Below, in pieces: positions 1-12,409 of a stretch of 64,000 nucleotides of DNA. The stretch is from NCBI GenBank assembly GCA_028534125.1, contig CM052817.1, positions 79,920,001 to 79,984,000 of the forward strand. Direction: 5' to 3'. The position numbers and the translations under genes were made by a program. Below the pieces are notes generated by a model. The model searched no databases, was not told where the DNA came from, and was given only the letters and a program-made list of their open reading frames with translations. How positions within the stretch are numbered: position 1 is the first letter of the stretch; every line of letters begins with the position of its first letter. This stretch comes from Lama glama (taxonomy: Eukaryota).

Positions 1-753
1 AAAAAGGTGTGAGGCAACCAGCTTTTCCATTTCCCGTCTTGGGCTCTGTTTTTCCACCTTGCAGTTTGCTCTGATTCAGAATGAGAAGGTGAGAACAAAC
101 AGAGGGGGCTGACACCATTGGGCCATCTCTCCTCACTGTGACCAGATCACACAACAGCCACGCCTTGACACCAAGAATCCGGGGAACCAGGTCCCGGCCA
201 TTCAAAACACCCTCATTTCAACTCCTGATTGGGTTTTGCTCCATGAATGTTGGACTTTCCCAAAGGGAAGAGTTTGGAGCAGTGGTTGAGCAAACTTCTG
301 GGCAGCCGCAGAGGCCCTGGGTTCTGTCCTCACCAACACTGTCTGCACTTGCCCTGTCTCCCCGGTCCTATTAACCACTGCCGATGACACAGGCCTTGTG
401 TTCCTTTTACTCATCAGCCCCCAAATCCATGGGGTTGTGATGGCTTAGCCGCCTTCCTTATTAAAAGAAGCCAATTGGCTCAGTGGCTGCAGAGGCAAAA
501 TGAATCATGGTTAGAAATATTCGTCTCCCCCCTCCCATGGTAGGTATGATACCATCATTTAAACCATTTAAATACAGACAAATCAGTCCAATTTGTAAAG
601 CCCTGAAGAGAAAAACTGAGTTTGAAACATTCCTTAAATATGCCAATGTTTAATAATAAACTTTGTGGTGCAGAAATCTCACATCACAGCCCAGTATATT
701 AATTGACTTTCTTCTTTACACCAAGAGAAAAATATGTTTAAAGTTTAATTACA

Positions 754-2128
754 TGGAATAAAGACAGCCTCTTCAGTAAATGGTGTTGGGAAAACTGGAC
801 AGCAGCATGTAAATCAATGAAGTTAGAATACTCCCTCACACCATATACAAAAATAATGGCTTAATGACTTAAATGTAAGACAAGACACTATAAATCTCCT
901 AGAAGAAAACATAGGCAAAACAATATCTCACGTACATCTCAGCAGTGTTCTCCTAAGGCAGTCTACCCAAGCAATAGAAATAATAGCAAAAATAAACAAA
1001 TGGGATCTAATTAAACTTACAAGTTTTTGCACAGCAAAGGAAACCATAAGCAAAACAAAACGACAGCCTATGGAATGGGAGAAAATACTTGCAAAAGATG
1101 AAACTGGCAAGGGCTGGATTTCCAGAATATATAAACAGCTCATATGAGTTAATAAGAAAAAAACAAACAATCCAATCCAAAAATGGGCAGAAGACCTAAA
1201 CAAGCAATTCTCCAGTGAAGACATATGAGTGACCAATAGGCACATGAAAAAAAATTCTCAATATCACTATCAGAGAAATGCAAATCAAAACTACGATGAG
1301 GTATCACCTCACACCAGTCAGAATGGCCATCATTCAAAAGTCCACAAATGACGAATGCTGGAGAGGCTGTGGAGAAAAGGGAACCCTCCTACACTGCTGG
1401 TGGGAATGCAGTTTGGTGCAGCCACTGTGGAAAACAGTATGGAGATTCGTCAAAAGACTAAAAATAGACTTACCATATGACCCAGTAATCCCACTCCTGG
1501 GCATATATCCAGAGGGTACCTTAATTGAAAAAGACACCTGCACCCCAGTGTCCATAGCAGCGCTATTTACGATAGCCAAGACATGGAAACAACCTAAATG
1601 TCCACTGACAGATGACTGGATAAAGAAGTTGTGGTATATTTATACAATGGAATACTACTCAGCCATAAAAAACAATAAAATAATACCATTTGCAGCAACA
1701 TGGATAGCCCTCAACAATGTCATTCTAAGTGAAGTAAGCCAGAAAGATAAAGAAAAATACCATATGATATCACTCATATGTGGACTCTAAAAGAAAAAAA
1801 GACAAATGAACTTATATGTAAAACAGAAACAGACTCACAGACATAGAATACAGACTTGTGATTGCCAATGGGGAGGGGAGAGGGAAAGGATAAACTGGGA
1901 GTTTGGGATTTGCAGATACTGACTGGTATATACAAAATAGATAAGCAAGTTTATTCTGTATAGCACAGAGAAGTATATTCAGTATCTTGTAGTAGCTTAT
2001 GGTGAAGAAGAATATGAAAATGAATATATGTATAATCATGTATGACTGAAGAATTGCGCTGTATACCAGAAGTTGACACATTATAGGCTGACTATACCTC
2101 AATTTAAAAAAAAATAATAGTAGGAAAA
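754..2128 (+). mobile_element. 5'-truncated LINE-1: ORF2 3' end, 3'UTR and A-rich tail, with 14-bp TSD
   Basis: ORF 1278-1790 is the L1 ORF2 C-terminus ([41 protein letters not shown]). TSD aaagtttaattaca at 740-753 and 2129-2142. Insertion site ttt/aaag resembles the L1 endonuclease target. Confidence 0.95.
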
Positions 2129-2466
2129 AAAGTTTAATTACACTTTCTCTAATAATGCTGCCAAGGCTTAACAAAAAATATATACGTAATCTAAAAATTT
2201 AGAATCACTCACTCAATGTATTTACTGATTGTGTTTTTAAAGATTAAAAGATAAGCAGAAAATAATATTAGAGGTACTATTACTTTCTGCAGATGTCTGA
2301 ACTTGCTAACCATAGGTTGATAGGAACCCTCTGTTTTAAAGTATTAAAGTTTGTGGGCTGAGTGAGAAGAACAGACACTTCTCTTTCACTTGGACTGTTT
2401 CCTTCCAGTGTCAGAGGGCCCCTTCCTCTGGGGCCTCTCTCTGCCCCTTGTCCCAGTATAGGAGGT

Positions 2467-2930
2467 GGACTTTGAGGAAGATTGTTTTCAAAAGTGATCA
2501 CAATAATTCCTCCCTCCCCAGGCCCTTTGCCTTGTGACTTAGCAACTTCTCCTACCAAGAGGTAGAATTATTTCCCCATCCCTTCAATCTGGGCTGGCCT
2601 CAAGATTTCCTCTTACCAACAGAGTGCAGTGCAAGTGACGGGTTTGGCTGCTGAACCTCTCAGTTCCAGTGGCCTTGCATCATCTGCACTAGCTCCTGGG
2701 GTGCTGCTGCTGCTGTGTAGAGAAACCCAGACTGGACTTCCTAACTATGAGAGAACACATGAGAGGAAGGCCCGACCCATGGCCAAAGCCAACCACCAGC
2801 TGTCCAAGAGAGCTCACCTCAGACCCTCCAGCCTCAGTGGAGCTGCAGATGGCTGCAGCTACTGTGTGACCCAGACAGGGCCAGCAGGAAGACCTCCCAC
2901 TGCGTCCACTGCAAATGGATGACCCACAAT
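2467..2930 (+). mobile_element. MaLR (MLT1-type) LTR fragment
   Basis: MLT1-like motifs ctcctaccaagaggtagaattatttcccc and tctgggctggcc. Boundaries approximate. Confidence 0.6.
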
Positions 2931-2934
2931 ATTG

Positions 2935-5720
2935 TTTTACTGAGGTACAATTTACATATAACACTTTGAAAGTTTATGGTATACAGTGTGTTGATTTGAT
3001 TCATTTATATGTTGCAATATGATTAGCACCATAGCTTAAGCTAATGCCTCTATCATGTCACATAATTATCATTTTTTTTTTGCAGTGAGAACATTTACGC
3101 CGAGTATCTCAGCAATGTTGAAGTATACAGTACAGTACAGTGGACTGTGGTCACTATGCTGTGCATTAGCTCTCCAGATCTTATTCATCTTCTAGTTGTA
3201 AGCTTGTACCCTTTTAACAACATCTTCCCAGTTCACCCACCTCCCCCAGCCACTGGTAACCACTATTCTATTCTGTTTCTACAAATTCTGCTTTTTTAGA
3301 TTCCACAAATAAGTGATACCATACAATACTTGTCTTTAGTTTATTTCACTTAGCATAATACCCTCAAGTCCATCCATGTTGTGATAAATGGCAGGATTTC
3401 CTTCTTTCTTGTGGCTGAATAATATTCCATTGTGTGAGAAACACTTAGGTTGTTTCTATAATCTTGGCTATTGTGAATAATGCTACAATGTCTTTTCAAC
3501 ATTCTATTTTCATTTTCTTTGAATATATACCCAGAAGTGAGATGGCTGGATCATATGCTAGTTGTATTTCTAATTTTTTTGAGAAAACTCCACACTGTTT
3601 TTCATAGTGGCTGAGCCAGTTTGCATTCCCACCAGCAATGCACAAGGGTTCCCTTTCCTCCACATCCTCACCAACACTTATCTCTTGTCTTCTTGATGAT
3701 AGCCATTCTAACAGGTGTGAGGTGATATCTTATTGTGGTTTTGATTTGCATTTCTTTGATAATTAGTGATATTGAGCATTTTTTCATGTCTGTTTGCCAT
3801 CTGTATGTCTTATTTGGGAAAATGTCCATTTAGTTCCTCTGCCCATTTTTAATCAGTTTATTTGTTGTTGTTGCTGTTAAGTTATATGAGTTCTTTATAT
3901 ATTTTCAACATCAACCCCTTATCCAATATATGATTTGCAAATATTCTCTCCTATTCCATAGGTTGCCTTTTCATTTTGTTCATTGTTTTTTTCTCAGTGC
4001 AAAAGATTTTTAGTTTGACATAGTTCCACTTGTTGATTTTTGCTTTTGTTGCTTGAGGTTTTGGTGTCATATCATGTCCAAAAAATCATTGCCAAAACCA
4101 GTGTCAAAGAACTTCTTCCCTATGTTTTTTTTCTAGGAGTTTTACATTATCAGCTCTTATGTTTAAGCCTTTAATCCATTTCAAATTAATTTTTGTGAAT
4201 GATGTAAGATAAGGGTCCAGTTTAATTTTTCTGCTTGTGGTTATCCAGTTTTCCAAACACCACATATTGGAGAGACTATTCTTTCCCCTTTCTCAGGATT
4301 GCTTTGGCTATTCAGGGTCTGTTGTGGTTCTGTACAAATTTTAGGATTGCTTTTGCTATTCCTGTAAAACATGTTACTGGATTTTTAATAGGGATTGCAT
4401 TGAATCTATAGATGGTTTTGTATAGTATGGACATTTAAAAATATTAATTATTATCCATGAACATGAGATATCTTTCCATTTGTATCTTTAATTTATTTCA
4501 TCAAGTCTTGTTTTCATTGTAGAGATCTTTAATTTCTTTGGTTAAACTTACTCCTAAGTACTTTATTGTTTTTGATACTATTGTGAATGTTTTATTTCTT
4601 TTTCAGATACTTCATTGTTAATGTTAAAATGTTAATGTTAAATGTTAATGTTAAAAACACAACTGATTTCTGTGTTTTGATTTTGTATTCTGAAACTTTA
4701 CTGAATTCATTTATTAGATTCAGCAGTTTTTTTTTTTTTTTGGTTAAGTCTTTAGGATTTTCTACGTAAGATCATATCATCTACAAATAATGACAATTTT
4801 ACTGCTCCTTTTCTAAATTGGATGCCTTTTATTTCTATGCCTTGCCTAATCATTCTAGATAGGACTTCCAGTACTATTTTGAATGGGAGTGGTGAGAACA
4901 TGCATCCTGGTCTTTCATGCATCAGTCTTTCACCACTGAGCATGTTGTTAGCTGTGGATTTGTCATATATGGCCTTTATTGTGTTGAGGTATGTTCCTCC
5001 TATACCCGATTTGTTGAGGGGTTTTCTCATGAAAGGGTATTGTGTTTTTCTGCATATACTGAGGTGATTGTATGTTTTTATCTTCCGTTCTATTAATGTG
5101 GTGTGTAACATTCACTGGTTTGCATAATGTTGAACCATTCTTGCATCCCAGAGGTAAATTCCATTTGGTTATGGTATATGATCCTTTTAATGTGTTGTAG
5201 GACTCAGTTTGCTAATACTTTTATGAGAATTTTTGCATTTATCAGGGCTATTGTTCTATAGTTTTCTTGTAGTGTCCTTATCTGATTTTGGTATCAGGGT
5301 AATGCTGGCTTCATGGAATGAAGATTGAAAGTGTTTCCTCCTCTTCAATTTTTTGGAAGAGTTTGAGAAGGACTGGGTTAATTCTTCAAATATTTGGCAG
5401 AATTCACTATTGAAGCCATCTAGTCTTGGGCTTTTCTTTGTTGGAAGGTTTTTGATTACTGATTCAATCTCATTCATTGTTGGTCTGTTAAGAGTTTCTA
5501 TTTCTTCCAGATTCAGTCTTGGTGGGTTGTATGTTTCTAGGAATTTATCCATATCTTCTAGCTTATCCAGTTTGTTGGTCTATAGTCACTCACAATAGTC
5601 TCTCATGATCCTGTGCATTTCTGTAATATCATTTGTAATGTCTCCTCCTTCATTTATGATTCTATTTGTTTTTCCTCTTTTTTTCTTCATTAGTCTAGCT
5701 AAAAGTTTGCCGTTTCTCTT
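2935..5720 (-). mobile_element. Older degraded LINE-1 (ORF2 plus 3'UTR), antisense
   Basis: Minus-strand ORF fragments match L1 ORF2: [57 protein letters not shown] (RT motif). Many frameshifts and stops. Confidence 0.92.
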
Positions 5721-5739
5721 TATATGCTTTATTATGTTA

Positions 5740-6245
5740 ACATTAAAAGTAATTTATCCAGATTTATCCAACCAAGAAAAATTCTCCACAAAATTAGAGG
5801 AGAAAGAGAACAATTTAATGCTTATTACTGAGTAAGCATTAAACCAGAATGTGATGTGTGTCACTGAGAGATGCAAAAAAATAGAAAGAAATCTCCCCCT
5901 TTTACATAGCCAAGCAGATACAACCCATTCCATACATGTTCTCTAGATAAACAGTAACTAGTCCTCAAATAAGAGGACTTGACAGCACCATTTATCATAC
6001 AAAGTTCATCCTAAATGCATCTGGTAATTGGGGCAACCATCTGCATTAACTAATTGGATTTATCCAAAGGAAAAACAGAGATCTCATCATCTGTATGAAA
6101 AGAGGTCATTTTGTAATTTGGAGCAAGGTGTCCACTCTAATTAGGCTCGCATTTCCTTATAGAAGCTGGGAGGTAGGGGTTCTTTCTTTCTTGGCAATTA
6201 CATTTCAAAGAGATGGCTTCTCAGTGCTTGAGGAATGCTTTCAAG
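5740..6245 (-). mobile_element. Probable old ERV1-class LTR fragment
   Basis: Resembles MER4-group/MER57-like LTRs by recall. Termini not resolved. Confidence 0.35.
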
Positions 6246-6459
6246 TGAATTATTGCAATTGCTAGATGCAAATGAAATAACATTAATTCTTCCTTTCATG
6301 CTTCTGGTTCCTGTAAGAATGCCTTGGTAAATCAGCTTGCCAGTCCTGCCCTGGACATTGACTGTTAGCAGTTAAGAAAATACTATGAAGAGTAATAATT
6401 TACATCAACATTTCCACACCTTTATTTTGTGAAGTGCTCCATGAAAGAGTTTCATGACT

Positions 6460-6910
6460 GTGGCAGAGACTGTTCATGATCCCCTTCTCTTCTATAAGAA
6501 TAGAATTTTTAACCAGACACATGGCTACATAGAATAAAGACTACATTTTTAGTCCTCTTTTTCAGGTAGGTGTGGTCATGGAATGAAGTTCTAATCAGTA
6601 GGATGTAATCTAAAGTCACGTTGCAGCCTCTAGGAAGTGTCTGTAAAGACAGAGGGGTTTCTCTTTTCCATTTCTCTTTCCTGCTAGATGGAATATGGAT
6701 GTATGGATTGGAGCTGGAGCAGCCATGTGGGACCATAAGGTGGTCTTAACAATGGAAGCCTAAGTCATGATACGCTAAAGAGCCAAAGCAGCTCTATCTC
6801 TGGAATTTTACTTAAGAAATAAATAAACACTTATCTAGTTTAAGACATTAAGACACTGACATTTTATATTTTTTCTGTCACTCTTAGATGAATTTAATCT
6901 TAACTGATAC
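6460..6910 (+). mobile_element. MaLR (MLT1-type) LTR
   Basis: Starts tgtggcagag, contains ggagctggagcagccatgtgggaccat and aataaa, ends taactgatac, as is typical of MLT1. Confidence 0.6.
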
Positions 6911-7441
6911 CGTAGTCAAATATATCTGGAGAATATCTTACCTCTTGCACTTCTAGAAGATATTGGCATATAAAGACTTTTAAAAGACCTGCAGCAAAAC
7001 AATATTTTGAATTTTGTTTAATCCTCTGTTCCCCAGTATTTCCTTTTTTTATTAACACATTTCAAGGAGAGTTGATTTCCATCGTATTATTACACAATGG
7101 AGGCCCCCAATATAAATCTGGCAGACTTCTGTAACAATACAACTTGGCTAGCTTTGCTGCCATTTGAACAACTAAGATCTCCATTTCCCTCAGCTGTGTT
7201 CTGATCAATATTTAACTCTGTACTTTGTTCAGAGAGGTCTTTCAGAACAACAATATGCCACTTGAACCCTAGGAGCAAAGAGGGGTTGGGGGTTATGCTT
7301 CCAAAGTCTGTGTTAAGTCATTGCTTAAGTGATTAAGACATCGACAGACATTTTGGGGGATGTATATACTGAATTCTGCTAACTCTGACATCAAGAGCTT
7401 ATATTGGTCTTATATTCATTCGTTTCTATAAAAAGTGCTTT

Positions 7442-7715
7442 TGGCTGCCGCTCTCCCTTTGGAGATGGTGTGCATACTGTCTGTGGAATGTGTACCTACT
7501 TCTAATCTGAGCACCCAACCCCCACACCTCGTGGACTTTCTCTTGCCTTTCAATGTATCTCTCTGAATAAGTCTACCTTCACTCAACTGTGGCTGGCTCT
7601 TGAATTCTTTCCTGCATGAAGCCAAGGACCAACACTTGGCAGGGCACATCCCAGGGGCTCAACCGAGACCTAGGACACAGCCCTCCTCATGCCCCACATC
7701 TGTTTTCCTGCATCA
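7442..7715 (+). repeat. 5' R-U5 segment (LTR lacking U3)
   Basis: 7442-7585 aligns without gaps to 12749-12892. 7586-7715 is unique and ends ...cctgcatCA just before the PBS. Confidence 0.85.
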
Positions 7716-7721
7716 TATCTC

Positions 7722-7741
7722 TGGCGCCCAATGTGTGGGGC
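7722..7741 (+). promoter_or_regulatory. Primer-binding site, tRNA-Lys(CUU)/Lys1,2-like
   Basis: tggcgcccaatgtgtggggc versus the canonical Lys1,2 PBS tggcgcccaacgtggggc (one transition plus a 2-nt insertion). Confidence 0.75.
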
Positions 7742-8336
7742 ATTTACATAAAGAAGCAGGGCTCAAAGGGCATAATCTCGATCTGCCTATTGGGTTACGG
7801 CTCCCCTCTCTTCGGAGGGTGGCAGGGGGTTTCTCTCATGCCTTGCAGATTCAAGTAGCCCTTAGGTGGTGGCTGATGCTGCCTACAGGATCTGGCAGAG
7901 ACCAGCTCTCTAGCCATGAAGGTGCCCACCGAGCCCAAGTTTTCTCCCCTCGATCTTTTCTCATTCTCTCCTCTATCGATCTATCTCTTCGGACTCAAGA
8001 AGATCCACCAAGGTGACCACTCGGACATAAGACCACGTGGTAAGTAATTGGCAACCTGATTGGGTGAGCTTCCCCTCCATGGCTCTTTGTGCCCGATTCC
8101 ACCTCTCTACAGGGTGTTGGTCTGGTTCCAGGATGCCGGAACTGCAAAAGGGAGCCCAAATTAGGGGATTCCGGGAGTTCCCCTTTAAAAATTTGTGGCC
8201 TGGCCCTCCCCAACTGCCCGCGGGGCGTACGTAGGGCCTCATTGCATCCGTAGGCAGGAGTCAGGGCAGGCACTCCCTTTGCAGATCGCGGGTTTTGCAC
8301 CCCTGAACGAGAGTTACCGGCGAGTGCTCTGTTCAC

Positions 8337-8448
8337 GGGTCACAGGTTTTCACACCCCTCGGTGGGGTTGCAGGTTTTCTCACCCCTTCATGGGGTCGCA
8401 GGTTTTCGCACCCTTTGGTGGGGTCATGGGTTTAAGCACCCCTGAGTG
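8337..8448 (+). repeat. Four tandem 28-bp repeats in the ERV leader
   Basis: gggtcacaggttttcacacccctcggtg / gggttgcaggttttctcaccccttcatg / gggtcgcaggttttcgcaccctttggtg / gggtcatgggtttaagcacccctgagtg. Confidence 0.85.
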
Positions 8449-8788
8449 AGAGTTGCCGGCAAGTGCTCTCCACAAGTCAAGGTTATGGTGCCCCTGAGTG
8501 GGAGCCACAGACAGATACTCCATTAATGGACCTTCGGATCTCTGGTCTAAGAGGCATTGTGGCTATAGCATTCCTTTTTTGTTCTAGATTTCCTCCTTTC
8601 AATGCTATTTGTTTCTCTTTCACAGAACATAATTTGCTTAGTTGACTCAGGACCTAGGTCTCCTCATTCCCTCTAAAGGATTTAGACTCTGGGACTCTAG
8701 TCACCTTTTCTCCCTCTGGCCTTTGTTCCTTTCCTTAACTAGTCCAAGGGAGCCACCTCAGGCTCACAGATAGGACATCCTAACCAAA

Positions 8789-10323
8789 ATGGGGACAACT
8801 ACAAGTATCCCAAAGGACCCCCCGTTAGGATGCATATTAATTAACTGGAAAAAGTTTTAAAAGGATAGTTTAAAGAAAAAGAAATTAATTTTCCTTTGTA
8901 GTACTGCATGGCCCTGATACAAACTAGGAGACCAAGAGGTCTGGCCAAAGAATGGATCATTAAATTACAATACCTTCTTACAGCTAGGCCTATTTTGTAA
9001 AAGAGGAGGTAAATGGGGGGAAATCCCATATGTCCAAATGTTCCTGACCCTATACCAAAACCCAGGTCTAAGGAACTCCTGCCGGATATTCCTGGCCCGC
9101 ATCCCCTCTAAGCATCTCCTCCCACAGGCGCTCAATATTCTAGATGACCCCCTTATGAGTCCAGCTCCCCAAGGTCCACAGCCAGAAGTTCCTATTTCCC
9201 CCAACTCTGAAGGGGAACAGTCTTCCCCGTCATCTCCCTCCCTGGAGGAAAGTCCTGCTCCAGATGGGGCCACCTACCAACCTCCTACTACCAAATTCTG
9301 CCCCTTAAGGGAAGTGCCAGCCGGTGATGGGGGAACAATCAGAGTTCATGTCTCCTTTCCTATGGCTGATTTAGCTACTTGTAAGGAGAAATTTGGACAT
9401 TTCCTCCGAGGACCCCAGTAGGTTCATGGAGGAATTTGCCAGGCTAAAATGGCCTATGAGCTTACCTGGAGGGACTTACAGGTCCTCCTTTCAACTTGCT
9501 GCACTTTTGAGGGAAAAAGCCAGATCCTTGGTGCATCCTGGGCGTATGCTGATGGACTGGCAACCACGGACACACAATCTACCTTACTGGGGGGGGGAGG
9601 GTGCAGTCCCTGACCAAGACCCCCACTGGAACTACCAATAGGGAGGTAGAGAGCTTGAACGCAGAAACCATATGGTAACTTGCCTCATAGAGGGGATGAA
9701 AAAAATGTGTTGTTAAGCCCATCAACTATGACAAAGTCAGGGAAGTAACACAGGGAAAAGATGAGAATCCAGCCCCTTTCCAGTGCCAATTAGAGGAGGC
9801 CTTTAAAAAGTATACTAATATTAACCCCAAAACCCCTGAGGGGGAAGTCCTGGTAAATACCCATTTTATCACTCAGTTGGCCCCAGACATCAGGAGAAAA
9901 TTACAAAAGGCAGCTCTGGGACCCCAGACCCCCATGAATCTGCCCATGGATCTGGCATTTGGGGTATTTAACAATAGAGACAGGGTTGAAGAGACAAGAA
10001 GGATCCAGGGACAACAGCAAAAGGCACAATTCCTAGCGGCTGCCCTAAACCCTGCGCCACCTCAGGGTTACCCTCCTTCAAGAAGACCCATGGTGAGGAC
10101 AGGATCCAGGATGCCTGGGTGAGAGCCACTGTCTTGCCAAAATGGGACCTGTTTTAAGTGCGGCCAGGAGGGCCACTGGAAGAACAAATGCCCTATGTTT
10201 GAAAAAAGTCCACGGGGACCCCGCCCGATATGCAAACAAAAAGGCCACTGGAATCGGGACTGCCCCCAGTCCCGAGGGGAGCTTGGGACTCCCAAACCAA
10301 TGATGGCTGAGGTAACTGAAGAC
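8789..10323 (+). pseudogene. gag: ERV gag (disrupted)
   Basis: ATG at 8789 gives MGTTTSIPKDPPLGCILINW (Met-Gly myristoylation-type start). Major homology region VTQGKDENPAPFQCQLEEAF at ~9745-9805. Zinc knuckles CFKCGQEGHWKNKC (10150-10191) and RPICKQKGHWNRDC (10222-10263). Frameshifts and stops present. Confidence 0.9.
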
Positions 10324-12028
10324 CGACGGGGCCCGGGACCCTCCATGGCTCCCGCAGAATACCTGGTCCTTTCTCTGGAGGAGCCTCAGATAACCCTTGA
10401 CATGGCAGATAGAAAAGTTTTCTTATTAGATACAGGAGCCACTTACTCTGTGCTGACTGATTTCCCTGGACCCTTGTCCTCCCAATCCTGTGTAGTAACA
10501 GGGATTGACAGAAAGCCCCAAACCACGTGATTTACAGCCCCCCCCCCATTAGCTGCCTGCTGAAAAATTTTACCTTTGCCATCAGTTTTTGCTCATGCCT
10601 GAGTGCCCCATCCCCTTGTTGGGAAGGGATTTACTCACTAAATTCCAGGCAAAAATTCAAAAATTCCTAGAAGCAGTCCAGCTTCCAAAAGAGGTTGCAG
10701 TCATACACTGCAGGGGTCACCAAAAGGGCGAGTCTTCTCTTATACAGGGGAACGCCCTCGCAGACAAGGCTGCCAAAGCTGCAGCCAGAGAACAGCCGGC
10801 CTTACAAGCTGCAGTTCTCCTACCTGAGGACCAGCCTCTCCCAACAGCGCCGTCCTATACACCTGAAGCGGGCTGACGGGCTAAACATAGGGGGCTAGAG
10901 AAGAGTCTCTCTGGGTGGCTGACAAAAGATAATAAGCTCCTCATTCCTGGGGACAAACAGTGGGAAATAATTAAGCATCTCCATGAGTCCACCCACCTAG
11001 GGCGGGACTCCATGCTCAGACTAATCTCTCAAGTGTTCCTAGGTAAGGGACTGTCCCAAACAGTTAAGGAAGTCACTAGGTCCTGTGAACTTTGTGCCCG
11101 CAATGACCCAGGGAGTCACCCTATCCCCCCACCTCTACTCTGGCCCACATAACGTCGGGAAACTTATCCAGGGGGAGGTTGGCAAATAGACTTTACTCAG
11201 ATGCCCCCCTGTAAGGGAGGGAAGTACCTGTTGGGATTCACAGACACCTTTACAAGATGGGGAGAAGCTTCCCCCACCAGAATGGAAAAAGCAATAGAAA
11301 TGTCAAAATTTCTGCTGAAAGAAATAATCCCAAGATTTAGGCTACCAAAAAGCTTACAGAGTGATAATGGACCCTCCTTGACTGCCAAGGTGATTTAACA
11401 GGTTTCCTCCACTCTGGGTATTAACTATCGCCTCCACTCTTCCTGGAGGCCCCAATCCTCAGGCAAGGTGGAAAAAGCAAATCATGTTCTAAAGAGAACA
11501 CTTGCTAAGCTACGTCAGGAGACTTCAGAAACCTGGGTCCCCCTCCTGCCAATAGCCCTTCTAAGAATAAGGACGGCCTCTAAGGGAATTTTAAAACTTA
11601 GCCCATTTAAAATGATATATGAGAGACCCTTTTTAACTTCAGATTTCCAGTTTGATGAGGAGACTCATAGATTAGTTTCCCACACTGTTAGCTTAAGTCA
11701 AGTTCAAAAGGCTCTCCAAGAATATGGAAACAAAGTGTTGCCCTTTCCCACAGAGGAAAAGGCTGAAGTCCCTGTCCAATCAGGGGACTTGGTCTTACTA
11801 AAAACTTGAAAGGAGGGGTCCCCTGAAGACCAGCTGCAGCCAAAATGGAAGGGACCATGTCAGGTACTACTGAGCACCCCAACTGCCGTTCAGCTACAGG
11901 GAATCGCTAGTTGGGTACGTCTGTCCAGAAAAAAACCTGTAACTTATAAGCCCCAACAGGAGCCAGGAGAGACCTACACTTGTGAGGCAATATTAGACCT
12001 CAGGTGCCTGTTTATGAAAAACAAATGA
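10324..12028 (+). pseudogene. pol: ERV pro-pol remnant: protease, RNase H C-terminus and integrase; RT deleted
   Basis: Protease FLLDTGATYSVL (DTG at 10429-10437) and PIPLLGRDLL, joined directly to RNase H C-terminal KEVAVIHCRGHQKG...GNALAD. Integrase motifs HESTH..CELC, WQIDFTQM, SLQSDNGP, SSWRPQSSGKVEKAN and GPY/F-like WKGPCQVLLSTPTAV. Confidence 0.9.
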
Positions 12029-12409
12029 TACCGTGTAGCGGTGATTACAAATGTTTAACCATGCCTTTTAAGTGTTTTTGTCATTACAGACTGTCAGACT
12101 GCTGGTACAAAGGTGCTTCATCTTTAAGAAAATTCATCAAAAGTCAATGAAAACAGTGGGTTACAGCAGCCCCACGTTTGATGATGGCTATGTGAGGATT
12201 CCAGCCCACACCCTCAGCCCTTGCATGCAAAAACAAAACACTGTCCTACCCCTGGGGCCCCTAGATTAGGCATTCAGAGAGTTTTACTCCCTGATAGGCA
12301 GGGTCAACGCCCCTACTCAGCCTGGAAGCAGTTTCAGATGACGGACCTTTGCCCCCCCCCCCCACCGCAACCCCTTAAGATTATGGGAGTAAAATCTCTG
12401 AGTGGGGAG

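Noticed and set aside
1278..1790. 170-aa ORF as a host gene
   Set aside because: It is the L1 ORF2 C-terminus inside a 5'-truncated L1 with TSDs.
8337..8448. Regular 28-bp repeats as a CRISPR-like array
   Set aside because: The units are head-to-tail with no unique spacers and lie in an ERV leader in mammalian DNA.
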